A DNA stretch of 63,501 nucleotides, counting the filler, from Thraustochytrium aureum (Eukaryota), in assembly GCA_012862495.1 (NCBI GenBank). It is 5 parts of 3 records of this genome, joined end to end, with 100 filler letters (N's around TTAATTAATTAA, not from the genome) between each part and the next. Parts side by side here need not be neighbours in the genome. Positions count along the whole stretch, not along the records: positions 8,543 to 29,438 come from BLSG01000102.1; 4 more parts are not named here. One strand, given 5' to 3'. Of the stretch, positions 12,137 to 23,787 are shown one piece after another. Under the pieces are notes generated by a model. That model did not search any database and was not told the DNA's origin. It saw only the letters and a list, made by a program, of their open reading frames with translations. The position numbers and the translations under genes are program-made. Every line of letters begins with the position of its first letter. Position 1 is the stretch's first letter.

Positions 12137-13441
12137 AAGGGCTTGCTCGAAGGAGGCAGGCGGCCGCGTGGGCTCCTCGCTGGGTAGTGCAAGAGGCTTT
12201 GGACTGTGAGGGCGCTTGATTGTTTTCGCAGCATCGCCACACAGCCGAGCGCTGTTCTGACGGCAGCGGGACTCGTTGTGGAGCTGCCGTTTCTCGCTGT
12301 CGTTTTTACCTCTAGGTTTTGTGGGAGGCAGCCAGGACGGCAGTCAATATCGAGTGCCTGACGTTTCCTTTCGGTTTGGGCGTGGCCAGCACCATCGGAA
12401 GGAAGCGAGCTCGGCGATTTTGGCAGGTCCTGCGCTGTGAGAACGTGGCGCGCGGTGGCGAGCGTCTCTCTAGCTCGGTCGACCAAAAGTCGTCAAGAGA
12501 TTCTGTGCTGCTGTTTCTGCTGGGAATGAGGCCGTAGCGCGCCGTGTTAGTTCCCCGGCCGGTCTGTGAGGCGCGCGGCCGGCCTCCTCCAGGGTCCCAC
12601 GCCGTTGCCAGTTTCGTTGCATTGAACTGGACGCCTTGCAGCAGCATCAACCCGACATAGCATTGTCCACAGGGCTGCCTTCAGTCCTGCTTCTCGGGGC
12701 NNNNNNNNNNNNNNNNNNNNNNNNNNNNNNNNNNNNNNNNNNNNNNNNNNNNNNNNNNNNNNNNNNNNNNNNNNNNNNNNNNNNNNNNNNNNNNNNNNNN
12801 NNNNNNNNNNNNNNNNNNNNNNNNNNNNNNNNNNNNNNNNNNNNNNNNNNNNNNNNNNNNNNNNNNNNNNNNNNNNNNNNNNNNNNNNNNNNNNNNNNNN
12901 NNNNNNNNNNNNNNNNNNNNNNNNNNNNNNNNNNNNNNNNNNNNNNNNNNNNNNNNNNNNNNNNNNNNNNNNNNNNNNNNNNNNNNNNNNNNNNNNNNNN
13001 NNNNNNNNNNNNNNNNNNNNNNNNNNNNNNNNNNNNNNNNNNNNNNNNNNNNNNNNNNNNNNNNNNNNNNNNNNNNNNNNNNNNNNNNNNNNNNNNNNNN
13101 NNNNNNNNNNNNNNNNNNNNNNNNNNNNNNNNNNNNNNNNNNNNNNNNNNNNNNNNNNNNNNNNNNNNNNNNNNNNNNNNNNNNNNNNNNNNNNNNNNNN
13201 NNNNNNNNNNNNNNNNNNNNNNNNNNNNNNNNNNNNNNNNNNNNNNNNNNNNNNNNNNNNNNNNNNNNNNNNNNNNNNNNNNNNNNNNNNNNNNNNNNNN
13301 NNNNNNNNNNNNNNNNNNNNNNNNNNNNNNNNNNNNNNNNNNNNNNNNNNNNNNNNNNNNNNNNNNNNNNNNNNNNNNNNNNNNNNNNNNNNNNNNNNNN
13401 NNNNNNNNNNNNNNNNNNNNNNNNNNNNNNNNNNNNNNNNN

Positions 13442-14350
13442 ATTGGCAACGGGGCATTCGGAGAGAACGGGGAATACGGGACACTCTCGCTAAAGTACAG
13501 CTGCGTGACGCGACCCGGGAACGACCCCGCCAAGCGGCAGAAGGAGAACCAGGACACCTACTGCGTGCACGAGGGCCTAGACCGTGACGAGGAGTGTTTT
13601 GTGGTGTGTGTCTTTGACGGGCATGGGCCGAACGGGGCCCTTGCGTCCAACTACGTTCGTGACCGGCTCGTGCGGATCTGGACCGAGATGGGGCTCGGCC
13701 GCAAGGCGTGCCAGGACGAGGACGAGATCCGGCGCATCTTGCACAACGGGTGCGTGGAGGTCAACCACAAGCTGGCAATGAGCAACATCGATGTTTATGT
13801 GAGCGGGTCGACCGGGATTCTCGGCGTTATGAAGAAGGACATGCTGTACGTTGCAAACGTCGGCGACAGCCGTGCGGTGCTCGGCCGGATCGGGCCCAGC
13901 GGCCGACTTGAAGCCGTGGACCTTTCGATCGACCAAAAACCAGAAAATCCGCAGGAGTTGGCGCGCATTCAGCGTTACGGGGGCCGCGTATTCGAGTGGG
14001 GCGTGCCCCGCGTCTGGCAGCGCGACGTTGACATGCCCGGGCTAGCCATGGCGAGATCGTTTGGCGACCTTGCGGCCGAGAGCGTCGGCGTGTTTGCCGA
14101 GCCGGAGATCTCTTGCACGCAACTAACCTCGGAGGACAAGTTTCTCATTTTCGCCACGGATGGGGTGTGGGAATTTCTGTCGTCGGCCGACGTGATTCGC
14201 ATCATCGGCAAGCACATGGCCAAGAAGCCCCCGCACATCGCGGCGCGGGACGCTTCCGTCGAGGTGATCAAGGCCTCTGTAGCCAAGTGGAACTCTGTGG
14301 AGGACGTCGTGGACGACTCCACTTGTGTGATTATTGCTCTGGGGGAGTGA
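13442..14350 (+). CDS. PP2C/PPM protein phosphatase, 5' partial (gap)
   Basis: NQD, VFDGHG, SGST, VANVGDSRAV, GLAMARSFGD, ATDGVWE and DDST motifs. Confidence 0.95.
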   Translation: MGNGAFGENGEYGTLSLKYSCVTRPGNDPAKRQKENQDTYCVHEGLDRDEECFVVCVFDGHGPNGALASNYVRDRLVRIWTEMGLGRKACQDEDEIRRILHNGCVEVNHKLAMSNIDVYVSGSTGILGVMKKDMLYVANVGDSRAVLGRIGPSGRLEAVDLSIDQKPENPQELARIQRYGGRVFEWGVPRVWQRDVDMPGLAMARSFGDLAAESVGVFAEPEISCTQLTSEDKFLIFATDGVWEFLSSADVIRIIGKHMAKKPPHIAARDASVEVIKASVAKWNSVEDVVDDSTCVIIALGE

Positions 14351-14703
14351 GCTTGTCCATCACGCGGAACGCTACCTCTACCGAAGCTCTGACGGAAAGT
14401 ATGAGGGTCGCATCGCGTGCTTGTCGCTCCCCGTTGGGTTGGTTTGTGACGTTTTCGGCGAGCCGCGGCTGCGAAACGTCGGCCAGTGCGGACTCACTCT
14501 ACCTACCTGATGATCGAGCACTCCGGCATGGCTCGAGCGCGGCGCCGAAACGGGCCGGCCGATAAACAATAAAAAAAGTGACTGCGAATGGATTCATTTC
14601 TGCTACGTTCGGTGTAGATTACGTGCGAGGGGCGGGCGCTTTGCGCGCCCGCCGCGGCATGCCTGCTCGCTCCGAGGACGTGAGGTCGTGGCGGGCAACT
14701 TGC

Positions 14704-17662
14704 TCAGTAAGGAGGAAAGTGCCGCATTGCCTGCTGCTGAAGGTGCTGCTGTTGCTGCAAGAGGTGCTGCTGCTCTCGCGGCGTCATCGAGGGGTCTGCA
14801 TAGCTTGTGCCTTGGCCCTCCATATACCACGCCTGCCCATGCTGGTGGAGCATGCGCGACTGGTCGCCGTTGTCGGCCTGCTCGTACTGATGTTGCGCAA
14901 ACTGCATTTGCTGCATCTGCTGTGCTTGCTGTTGCAACATGTGCTCGTGCTGCTGGCGGGTCGAGTAGGACGTGGGTTGGAAGACGCCGTACTCTCCCGC
15001 GCCGAGCCCAGTGGCGGACCCTGGCGACAACGGCGGGACGAACGCTCGCGCGCCGGCACCTAGGCCCGAGGACCTCCCGGCCTGAGCGGGGTCGAGCATC
15101 TTGATGGGGGACGCACCGGCTCGAGCGAGTGCCCCCCGGCTGCAGAGTGCGCTGGCGAAGCGAGCGGCGTCGACCCGTCGACAAGGTGCAAACCAAACAT
15201 GTCAACCGTCAGGCCCGATGCCGGGTGCTCGACGCGCGGGTCGCGCGAAGGCGACCCCGGGGAGGCAAAGTCCGAGGGCCGCGGCGAGCCCATGCGCGAG
15301 TCAACCTGGCTGTGGCGCGGCGAGGCAATCGCGTTTTCGAGTTGAAATCCAGCGGAAGAAGTGGACGAGATGGAAGCAGGCGCGTCGCGTGCGAGGGAGA
15401 AGCGAACGAGCCGAACCCNNNNNNNNNNNNNNNNNNNNNNNNNNNNNNNNNNNNNNNNNNNNNNNNNNNNNNNNNNNNNNNNNNNNNNNNNNNNNNNNNN
15501 NNNNNNNNNNNNNNNNNNNNNNNNNNNNNNNNNNNNNNNNNNNNNNNNNNNNNNNNNNNNNNNNNNNNNNNNNNNNNNNNNNNNNNNNNNNNNNNNNNNN
15601 NNNNNNNNNNNNNNNNNNNNNNNNNNNNNNNNNNNNNNNNNNNNNNNNNNNNNNNNNNNNNNNNNNNNNNNNNNNNNNNNNNNNNNNNNNNNNNNNNNNN
15701 NNNNNNNNNNNNNNNNNNNNNNNNNNNNNNTCAGCCACGGGGCCGGGCGAGGCTGCTCGGATGGAAGGCGAACCGAGTGCTGCCTGCGCGAACCCGTTTA
15801 GCGCCCCGATGTTTGGAAGCGGGGAGCCCCGCCCGTCCAGCGAGACCGGGCTCGTGAGAGACATGAATGGGACGTGCGGTTCGTTGCCGACGGCCGACCC
15901 GCTTGGACTAAACGCGGACTGCTGCGGGAAGGGCGAGGTCGGCGTGGGCGAGGTCCCGCCCGGGGTGAAGGCGTTGAAGAAGCCAGACCCCGAGGCAGAG
16001 GAGCTGGTCCTCTGGTTCCGCTGACCCATGGTGGGGACCGGGCAGCTTTCCTCGAAGAAGAAATCCTCGTTGCCCATTTGGTCCTCGTAGTAAAACTCCT
16101 CGCCAGAGTGGCCCGCGAAGCTGTGCGAGTGGAGGCTGCTGCTCGTGCTCGCAAAGCTCTGGTGGCGCACCACTTGCGGGGGGAAGTGCGAGCCCGGCTC
16201 GTCCAGGCTGCCGAGGGAAGGCGAGAGCACCATCGAGGAGCTGCGCTGCTGGTGGAAAGAACTAAACGAGACCTCGTCGGCGGGAGGCGAGATCGAGAGC
16301 TGGGAGAGGCGCTTCTCGAGCATGGCGCCATTGTCTGGAGAGCCTAGTCGCGGCCCTTCGTCTTCGTCGCTCTGCGAAAGACGACCTGCAGGAGCACTGT
16401 GCAGCTTGGGGCCTCCGGCCCCGCCCCCTGCGTGTCCGGCGTGCCCGGCATGGGCGGCGGCAGCACCCGGCGCAGTCGAGCCTGGAGGGAAGGCGATGAT
16501 GGTCGGCTTTTTCGCCCACTGGTTGTTTGAGGAGGCAGACTGGTGCTGGTGGTCTTTCTCCTCCTCGATCACGCTCTGCTTGCGAGATTTTTTTGGGGCG
16601 CCGGCCGCGGCCTTGTCGACGGCCTCCAAGCCTGCGGAGGAGGATGCCGCAGCTGCTGCGCCATGGCTGCTGGTGCCTGTCTCGGACTTTGATGACTCTT
16701 GGCGGGCGACGCAGCGCTTGACCTCGACGGGTTTGCCGTCAATGACATGCATGGCGCCTTGCTGTTTCGAAAGCACCTTTGAGACGCTCTCGTGGTGGCG
16801 GAATACGACAAACCCAAAACCCCTCGACTTTTTCGTGTCGCGATTGTAGATGACCTCGGCGGTCTCTACCTCGCCGAACACTTCGAAGAAATTACGGAGG
16901 GACTCTAGACGATTGTTTCAGCAAGCGCTCGCCTGTCAGCCCGCCGGGAGGTCGCGAGCAGATTGTTTTTTTCCTTTTCTTCCTTGCCAGGGCCCTCAAA
17001 CGCGAGCGAAAGCAAGGCCTGGCTTTTGGAAGAAACAAAGCAACACTTACCGTGGCCAGTGGCGTACAAAAGCCCGCCCACGAAAATCTTGTTGGAGATG
17101 ATGCCGCCCTGGGGGCACTTGGCCGAGTTTGAGCGCTGCTGCTTGGCGCTGCCCGGCGAGGCGCTGCCCGGCGAGGCGCCGCCCTCGGCGGCTTTGTTGC
17201 TGTGGCTGCTACTAGTGCAGTTTGCGGGGGCGGCGCCGGCGACGCGCCTGGGCCCCTGGTCGGCTTCCGCCTTGGAGCGCCCGGCGACGACCGACCCGCT
17301 CTTGCTCGCGCTTCTGGTCTTTCTAACGTCCTGACTATCAATGCTAGCGCGGCTGACCGAGTCGCCCCCGCGCGAGCCGATGGACCCGGGGATGAGCGGC
17401 GGGCCACCGACGTCCTCGCTGCCGAGGCTATCGCTCCGCACGCTCACCCCGCCCGAAAAGTCCGAGACATTCCCGCTACTTGAAGAGGCGGCGAGGCGGC
17501 GCTGGCGGGGCGAGCCGGGAGGCTGCGCAGCCGCGCTCGCGCTTGTCGACACTGAGGAAAACGACGTCGCGGACGCGGATCGCTGCGATCCAGGCGAGGG
17601 CGAGACCTGTTTGGCGCCGCCGTCCTTGCTGGCAATACTGGCGCCGCGCGTTTTGCGCTGGC
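14704..17662 (-). CDS. RRM RNA-binding protein (Musashi/hnRNP A1-type RRM) with long S/Q-rich tail and PAM2-like motif; intron 16905-17050; spans gaps
   Basis: RNP2 KIFVGGL is joined via a GTAAGT..CTAG intron to ESLRNFFEVFGEV..RNP1 RGFGFVVF. Downstream SGLGAGARAFVP and a polyQ tail end at 14704. Linkage across the gap and a frameshift near 15105 is inferred. Confidence 0.75.
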
Positions 17663-18155
17663 NNNNNNNNNNNNNNNNNNNNNNNNNNNNNNNNNNNNNN
17701 NNNNNNNNNNNNNNNNNNNNNNNNNNNNNNNNNNNNNNNNNNNNNNNNNNNNNNNNNNNNNNNNNNNNNNNNNNNNNNNNNNNNNNNNNNNNNNNNNNNN
17801 NNNNNNNNNNNNNNNNNNNNNNNNNNNNNNNNNNNNNNNNNNNNNNNNNNNNNNNNNNNNNNNNNNNNNNNNNNNNNNNNNNNNNNNNNNNNNNNNNNNN
17901 NNNNNNNNNNNNNNNNNNNNNNNNNNNNNNNNNNNNNNNNNNNNNNNNNNNNNNNNNNNNNNNNNNNNNNNNNNNNNNNNNNNNNNNNNNNNNNNNNNNN
18001 NNNNNNNNNNNNNNNNNNNNNNNNNNNNNNNNNNNNNNNNNNNNNNNNNNNNNNNNNNNNNNNNNNNNNNNNNNNNAGCAGGCAAGAACGCCAGCCGGCC
18101 AGGCAGGCAGGCAGGCAGGCAGGAACGCTAGGCCGACGCCTCGCAAGCGAGGACG

Positions 18156-19037
18156 ATGCGGGCCTCGGACAGGCACCTCTCCGCGCAGGAGCTCGCGTTC
18201 CTGAAGGAGGCGTACAAGAAGAACGAGCCGCGCGAACATGGGGGCCACACGCTCGACCTGGTCAACTCGGCGATCGCCAAGCGGTTCGGCGCCACGAACC
18301 CACGCAAGTTTAACGCCGACTTTGAGCGCGAGTTCCGGGAGGTCAGCACCGCCCTCGAGGAGCAAAAAGAGGTCATGACGCAAGCTTTTGTCGACGGCGA
18401 GCGCGCCCGCCTGAGGGCGCGCCTCATCGGCTCTGCACAGAGTAGCAGGGCGAGTGCGCAGCAAGCCCGTTCGCTTGCCCTCCGACCGGTCACGGCTACC
18501 GGCAGCCGAGGCCGATCGCCGCTGGCTGCGGGTCCGCTCTTGCCGCACGACGCATCGCTGAACGCCGAGCCAAGCTTTGGCGCACGCCGGAAGGTCTTGC
18601 TTAACGAGCTGCACAGAGTGAATTGTGCGCTTCGGGCCGCCGCGCTGGACCCGGACAAGGTGCGACCCGACGTGTGGGCCACGCCAGCCAAGCAAGAGCC
18701 AGAGCTGCAGCGGAGACGCCACGGGTCCCGGAGCAGGTCACGTCGACGACGCGAGCAAGGCGGCGGAGGGGGTTACCAAACTCGGCTCAAGGCGCGCTCG
18801 GAATTGGAGAAGAAGGCGCAGCGCATTCTGCCCCACGAGGCGCACGCGAGGCACGTCTTGAACCGTTTTAGTTCGACTGCGCAGAGCAACTTTGGACCGC
18901 CGGACCGCAAGCGAGGTTCTGTGTATGCTATGGATGCCGCGGACCCGCTTTTGCAGGTGTACAAGCGACGTGACGGCATGATGAACGACTACGCCGACGC
19001 ATTGGCACGAGCACCAGACCTGAGGGCTATATTCTGA
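18156..19037 (+). CDS. Hypothetical protein (293 aa)
   Basis: Long ATG-initiated ORF with protein-like composition; no recognised motif. Confidence 0.65.
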   Translation: MRASDRHLSAQELAFLKEAYKKNEPREHGGHTLDLVNSAIAKRFGATNPRKFNADFEREFREVSTALEEQKEVMTQAFVDGERARLRARLIGSAQSSRASAQQARSLALRPVTATGSRGRSPLAAGPLLPHDASLNAEPSFGARRKVLLNELHRVNCALRAAALDPDKVRPDVWATPAKQEPELQRRRHGSRSRSRRRREQGGGGGYQTRLKARSELEKKAQRILPHEAHARHVLNRFSSTAQSNFGPPDRKRGSVYAMDAADPLLQVYKRRDGMMNDYADALARAPDLRAIF

Positions 19038-19229
19038 GCGCTGGCGCGATACACGCTTTAGTCTGGTCGCCGCTTGTTTATTGCTTTGTATCCTTGCCAG
19101 GCGCGGTGCGCCCAACTCGCCGCCGGCCGCCAATATTTACGCGTGAAATCGAAACGTTTTGGTTGTCAACGGGTTCACCCTTCGAGCTGGCGCGTTTTGC
19201 CGCGAGAAAAAAACCGTACGAGGGAGGGA

Positions 19230-19270
19230 GAGATTGCGGCGCGAGATTGCGGCGCGAGGAGATTGCGGCG
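19230..19270. repeat. Short tandem repeat GAGATTGCGGCG(C) x3
   Basis: Copies at 19230, 19243 and 19259. Confidence 0.85.
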
Positions 19271-19281
19271 GGCTTGGGGCT

Positions 19282-19564
19282 CTACTTTGCTTTGCGGGTG
19301 ATGTTGTTGATGTATTGCCGGAGGATGCCGTCCTCCTCGCGCAGCGAGCCCTGCCGCGCCTCGAGGCGCGTCTTGCGCTGCGTAGTAGCTGCTCCGAGCA
19401 TTGCATCTATTAGCTCGACGACAGGCGCAGTTGCTGCCAGCGAGCGCTTCGACGCGCGACTTACTGCTAAACTCGGTTTGCAGCTCCAGAACATGCTGCC
19501 CGAGCTCCACTGTGCCCATCTTGTTGAGTTTGCGAACGCGGGAGACAAGACGGCGGCTGTCCAT
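19282..19564 (-). CDS. Short coiled-coil protein (SCOC/UNC-69/Slo1-like), about 68 aa; intron 19389-19464
   Basis: Spliced product MDSRRLVSRVRKLNKMGTVELGQHVLELQTEFSTTTQRKTRLEARQGSLREEDGILRQYINNITRKAK. GTAAGT donor, GCTAAT branch point and CAG acceptor are in frame. Confidence 0.65.
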
Positions 19565-20420
19565 CTCGTCGCACCAGCTGGCTGCCGGGGGTTGCTTGTC
19601 TGCGCGGGGTCTCGAAATCTCTCTAAGCCAGCTGTTGGTCACCGAGCAACGGTACTATCGTGAACTGCACTCGCACTTTTTGCGATTCGCGCAAGCCTCG
19701 ACCTTGGTGAGTACTCGAGCGCTGTGCTGAAGCAAACCAAGCAGGGTAGCACGGGACCGGCTTGCGGTTTGGCAAGGAGGGTACTCGATTTGGGTGGGGT
19801 TGTTACTCTACGCGACGCTAAAAGACGGGAGGTGCGAGTGGAAGCCCACACCAGCCCACGCTCTAGCTAGAGTCCAGGCCATCGAGGGTTTCAACCGAAG
19901 GGGTGAACGAGCCGCCATGGCATGGCCGTCGTAACGCAAGGCAACTAGGCGAGTTCAGCCCAAAGCGAAATTCGGCTGCGGAGCGAAATTGAACGGCGGT
20001 GCACGGCAAAGAAGACCATACTACTCACTCGGAGTGCAGTGGCCAAAAGAAAAAGTCCTCGGGCTCGCCCTCTCCGCCTGCGGCCTCCACGACCAGATTG
20101 CAGAGGTGGCGAGGTGGCCACCCCGCCAGCGCTTGTTCCGCACTTGAATGTCACGGACAAGATCACAACGATCGACCCACAGCGGTCGAGCTCGTCTGCT
20201 CGTTTCGGCGTCGTGGCTTTTTGTTTTCGCAAGAATACTGATGAATCACGATTCGGAACAAGCCAAAATACGCCGCGGCCCGCGATGCGAACGCAGTGGT
20301 CCAGGGCAGAGCCGCAACGCTCGATCAACTGCGGCGAGAAAAGGCTGGCAGAGCAACAACAAACGGGAGAAAAAAGCGCGCGCAGCCGTGGAAACAGGGA
20401 TTCGTTGGAATTTCTCTAAA

Positions 20421-21669
20421 ATGGCGCAAGTCGGGGCTGCCGCTCGCGCTGTGACGCGCCTTGCGCGGCGCGGCCCGTTCCAGCACCTTCGCGCTCCAGT
20501 TGTAATGGCTCCAATGGCAGGCGTGTCAACGCCGCGGCTCGTCGCGGCCGCCTGCGAGAGCGGGGTGCTCGGGTTTCACGGCGGTGCGTTTCGGTCGCCC
20601 ACGCAGCTTGCAAGCGACGTGGATGAAATCCGCACAAGGACGAGCGCGCCCTTCGGAGTCAACCTGTTTGTGTACGATTCACCGGACCGCACGCAACCGG
20701 AAATCCGAGCGCGCGAAGCCGAGGCGCGCAAGCGACTGGCGCCCATATATGCGCGCCACGGGCTTGAATTCCCGCCGGAGGCGTCGCTGGACGTCGCCAA
20801 TGTGCTCGAAGAGCAAATCGCAGTTGTGCTGGAGAAGCGCATTCCTTTCTTCTCCTTTTGCTTTGGCTGCCTGCGGGCCGACCTCATCGCTGCACTGCGC
20901 GCAAACGGGACGTACGTGATCGGAACGGCCACAAGCGTCGAGGAGGCCCTCGTGCTCCAGCGCGCCGGAGTCGACGCCGTGACCGCTCAAGGCGCCGAAG
21001 CCGGGGGCCACCGAGGCTCGTTTCTTGGGAATAGCTCGCTCGTTGGCACGCTTGCGCTTGTGCCGCGCGTGGTCGACGAGGTCGACGTCCCTGTGATCGC
21101 GGCAGGTGGAATCATGGACGCGCGGGGTGTCGCGGCGGCGCTGGCGCTTGGCGCTGATGCGGCGGCCATGGGCACGGCCTTCATCACGACAGAAGAGAGC
21201 GAGTCGCCTGCGACCAACAAGCAGCGCCTCCTCGCGGCGCGCGAGACCGACACGATCGTCACCGACGTTTTCTCTGGGCGCTCAGCGCGCGGGCTCGCAA
21301 ACGCCATGGTTTTCGGCTATGACGAGGCTTGGCCTGGAAACCACAACAAGCACCGCGTGCTCGAGCAGCAGGGCAACGTCGCGCCGTATCCGGTCCAGCA
21401 GGCGCTCACCGCTCCGCTCAAACATGTTGGAGAGGAGAACGGCCCGTTTTGGGGATCTCTCTGGGCTGGCCAAGGGTGAGTTGATTCTTGTTGCTCCGCG
21501 TTTGCGCGGAAGAGAAGCGTTGATGGGCGCACTCCTGTGGTTGAGCTGACATTGGCAGCGGGGATACCTGCTTTCCTATCCTAGCGTTGGCCTCGCCCGT
21601 GCTGGAACTGTCGTCGACCTTGTCGACCGCCTGGTCAACGGCTTGGACGGCGGGCCAGCGGTGATCTGA
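20421..21669 (+). CDS. Nitronate monooxygenase (2-nitropropane dioxygenase) family FMN enzyme; intron 21476-21584
   Basis: VVMAPMAG, PFGVNLF, QGAEAGGHRG, VIAAGGIMD, FSGRSARG. LWAGQG|VGLAR is restored by a GTGAG..CTAG intron. Confidence 0.92.
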
Positions 21670-22186
21670 AGCAGAGATAGCTGATTACCAACAAAGCAGC
21701 CGTATGCCGCCGCCGTGGCTAGCCGCGATGTCGCCACCTATGGTTGTGGCCTGTGCACGTTTGGCGGCACCTCCCTTGCTGGGCCTTTCTACACGCAAAC
21801 AGCCAGCAGTAGAGCGCGAGCGAAAGACTACAGTGCGTTTGCCGCCGGGCTGGCAGGCAGCTGCGTCCCCAGCACGGCGGCCCGCACGCCGCTCTCCGCC
21901 ACACCGAGCGAGTCTGAGTCGAGCGCGTGGAGTCCGAACGGCGTTTCGCGTCCTGCCGTGCTGAGCAGTCGACGGAGCCTCCAAATCGCCTCGGCCCGTG
22001 CCTCGTTCTCGCGCAGCCTCTCGTCAAAGGCCCGCCCGCCCACCGCGGCCGGCTTCGTCGCGTCAAGACCGGCTGCGGCCTCGCCGTCGCCTCCGGCGAA
22101 CATCCGGGACCCCAGAGCCGTGGCTCGCGACCACCACTGGTCGATCGACCACGAGCTGCGCGCCAGCCGTGCAAGCGACAGCCTTT

Positions 22187-22220
22187 AGCAGCCTCAGCAG
22201 CAGCAGCAGCAGCAGCCTCT

Positions 22221-22250
<30 letters not shown>
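22187..22250. repeat. CAG trinucleotide microsatellite
   Basis: Interrupted (CAG)n run just upstream of the JmjC gene. Confidence 0.9.
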
Positions 22251-22252
<2 letters not shown>

Positions 22253-22277
22253 CAGGCCCAGTGGGCGGCGTCGCGCG

Positions 22278-23672
22278 ATGGCGAGCTTGTTCGACTCGTC
22301 CGACGACTCGGAGGGGGAGGAGGATGGCGCCGTGTTGGTTGCCCCTGGCGCGGGGGCTGCGCAGCTCGGGCCGGTACTTGCGCGCGTCAAGCTGTTTGTG
22401 CACGGACGCACCGGTGCCTGCGTGGAGGACCTGAAAGGCACGTGCTCGAGGGGCGACCTCGGCGAGGCGCTCGAGCAGGCCGTTGGACTGCTGGACGCGG
22501 GAGACTATGCCAGGTGTGCTGTCCTGTGCGAGACGCACGCGGACGCGGCGTGGGCGGCGCTCTTGCGGGACAAAGCTTGGCCCCACAAGGCCTGGAACGA
22601 GCTGTTCATCTTTTGCAAGCTCATGCTCGCCTGCTGCAGAGTGGCCCTTGGTGACTTTGGGGCAGCTGTGACGGCTGCGGACTTTGCCTTTGTGGTGGGC
22701 GCCCCAAAAGAGGAAACCAACCTCTTTTTCCGGCTCGTCGACCCGCTCGTCCGAGCCGCTCGAAAAGGGTCTGGCCAAGCCGGCACGTTTCTGCATGGCG
22801 AGCTACCTGGGGCAGCCCAAGCAGCGATCAGCGGCCCGCAGAGTGAGCAGGAGCTCGCCGCGGTGGTCGCGGCGTTGTCCCCTGGAGTAAAACTCGAGCC
22901 CGTGCGGAGGTTGGCCGCGCCGTCGCTCGAGCAGCTCGAAGACGTCTGCTCGTCCGCGACGACGCCGGTGGTGCTGCAAGGCATGGCAGAGGGGTGGGCG
23001 GCGCTTGACAAGTGGCGTTCGCTCGCCTTTTGGGATAGTGAGTACGGACACCGCGTTGTGCCGGTCGAGATTGGCGACGCGCTTGCACGCATGGAAGAGC
23101 ACGCCATGCCTCTGGGCCAGTTCGTTCGCGAGTACCTTGCGCCAGCCGTGGCTTCTGAAGGTTCGAGGCGCGTTGCCTACTTGGCCCAGCACAACATATT
23201 TGACCAGCTTCCAGACCTCCGGCGCGACTTTAGCGTTCCGCTGTTTTGCTCGCACAAGGGCAACGTTCCCACAAACTCTTCGATCTGGCTTGGCACGGAC
23301 TCGACGGTGACGCTTTTGCATTTCGACTCGTACAGCAACTTGTTGGTTCAAGTTGCTGGCCTCAAATACGTGGTTTTGTTTCCGCCAGACCAGACCCCAA
23401 ACCTGTATGTCCACAAGACGCACCGCGGCCAGGACGACCAAGGCGCCGACCCTAGTTTGCTTGAGCAGAACAACACGAGTTCTGTGGATGTCGGCAGGCC
23501 CGACTTTGACATGCATCCACTGTACAAGTCTGCAACGGGGTTTCAGGTCCTCTTGAGGCCAGGTGACACGCTCTTCATCCCCAGGGGAGTTTGGCACTAC
23601 GTTCAGTCGCTGACGCCGTCGCTGAGCGCCAACTTTTGGTTTAGCATGGACGACTTTGAACCAACCAAGTAG
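22278..23672 (+). CDS. JmjC-domain 2-oxoglutarate hydroxylase, JMJD5/KDM8-like
   Basis: GHRVVPVEIG, YLAQHNIFDQ, WLG..TLLHFD (HxD), K, LFIPRGVWHYVQSL..SANFW. Confidence 0.88.
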   Translation: MASLFDSSDDSEGEEDGAVLVAPGAGAAQLGPVLARVKLFVHGRTGACVEDLKGTCSRGDLGEALEQAVGLLDAGDYARCAVLCETHADAAWAALLRDKAWPHKAWNELFIFCKLMLACCRVALGDFGAAVTAADFAFVVGAPKEETNLFFRLVDPLVRAARKGSGQAGTFLHGELPGAAQAAISGPQSEQELAAVVAALSPGVKLEPVRRLAAPSLEQLEDVCSSATTPVVLQGMAEGWAALDKWRSLAFWDSEYGHRVVPVEIGDALARMEEHAMPLGQFVREYLAPAVASEGSRRVAYLAQHNIFDQLPDLRRDFSVPLFCSHKGNVPTNSSIWLGTDSTVTLLHFDSYSNLLVQVAGLKYVVLFPPDQTPNLYVHKTHRGQDDQGADPSLLEQNNTSSVDVGRPDFDMHPLYKSATGFQVLLRPGDTLFIPRGVWHYVQSLTPSLSANFWFSMDDFEPTK

Positions 23673-23787
23673 AGTACCGGTTGGGTAGAGGTAGAGTACT
23701 CCGCTTTATGAACACTTGCAGGAAGCGTGGAAGGATGGATGGAAGGAGGAAGGCAGGGTGAAGGTTTTGCAGCAATTGCTTTGGCCG

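Noticed and set aside
10940..12700. Short ORFs between the U-box gene and PP2C
   Set aside because: No recognisable motifs or consistent splice model; a fragmented gene cannot be excluded.
21685..22190. Small ORFs between NMO and the JmjC gene
   Set aside because: No motif; low-complexity sequence next to a CAG repeat.
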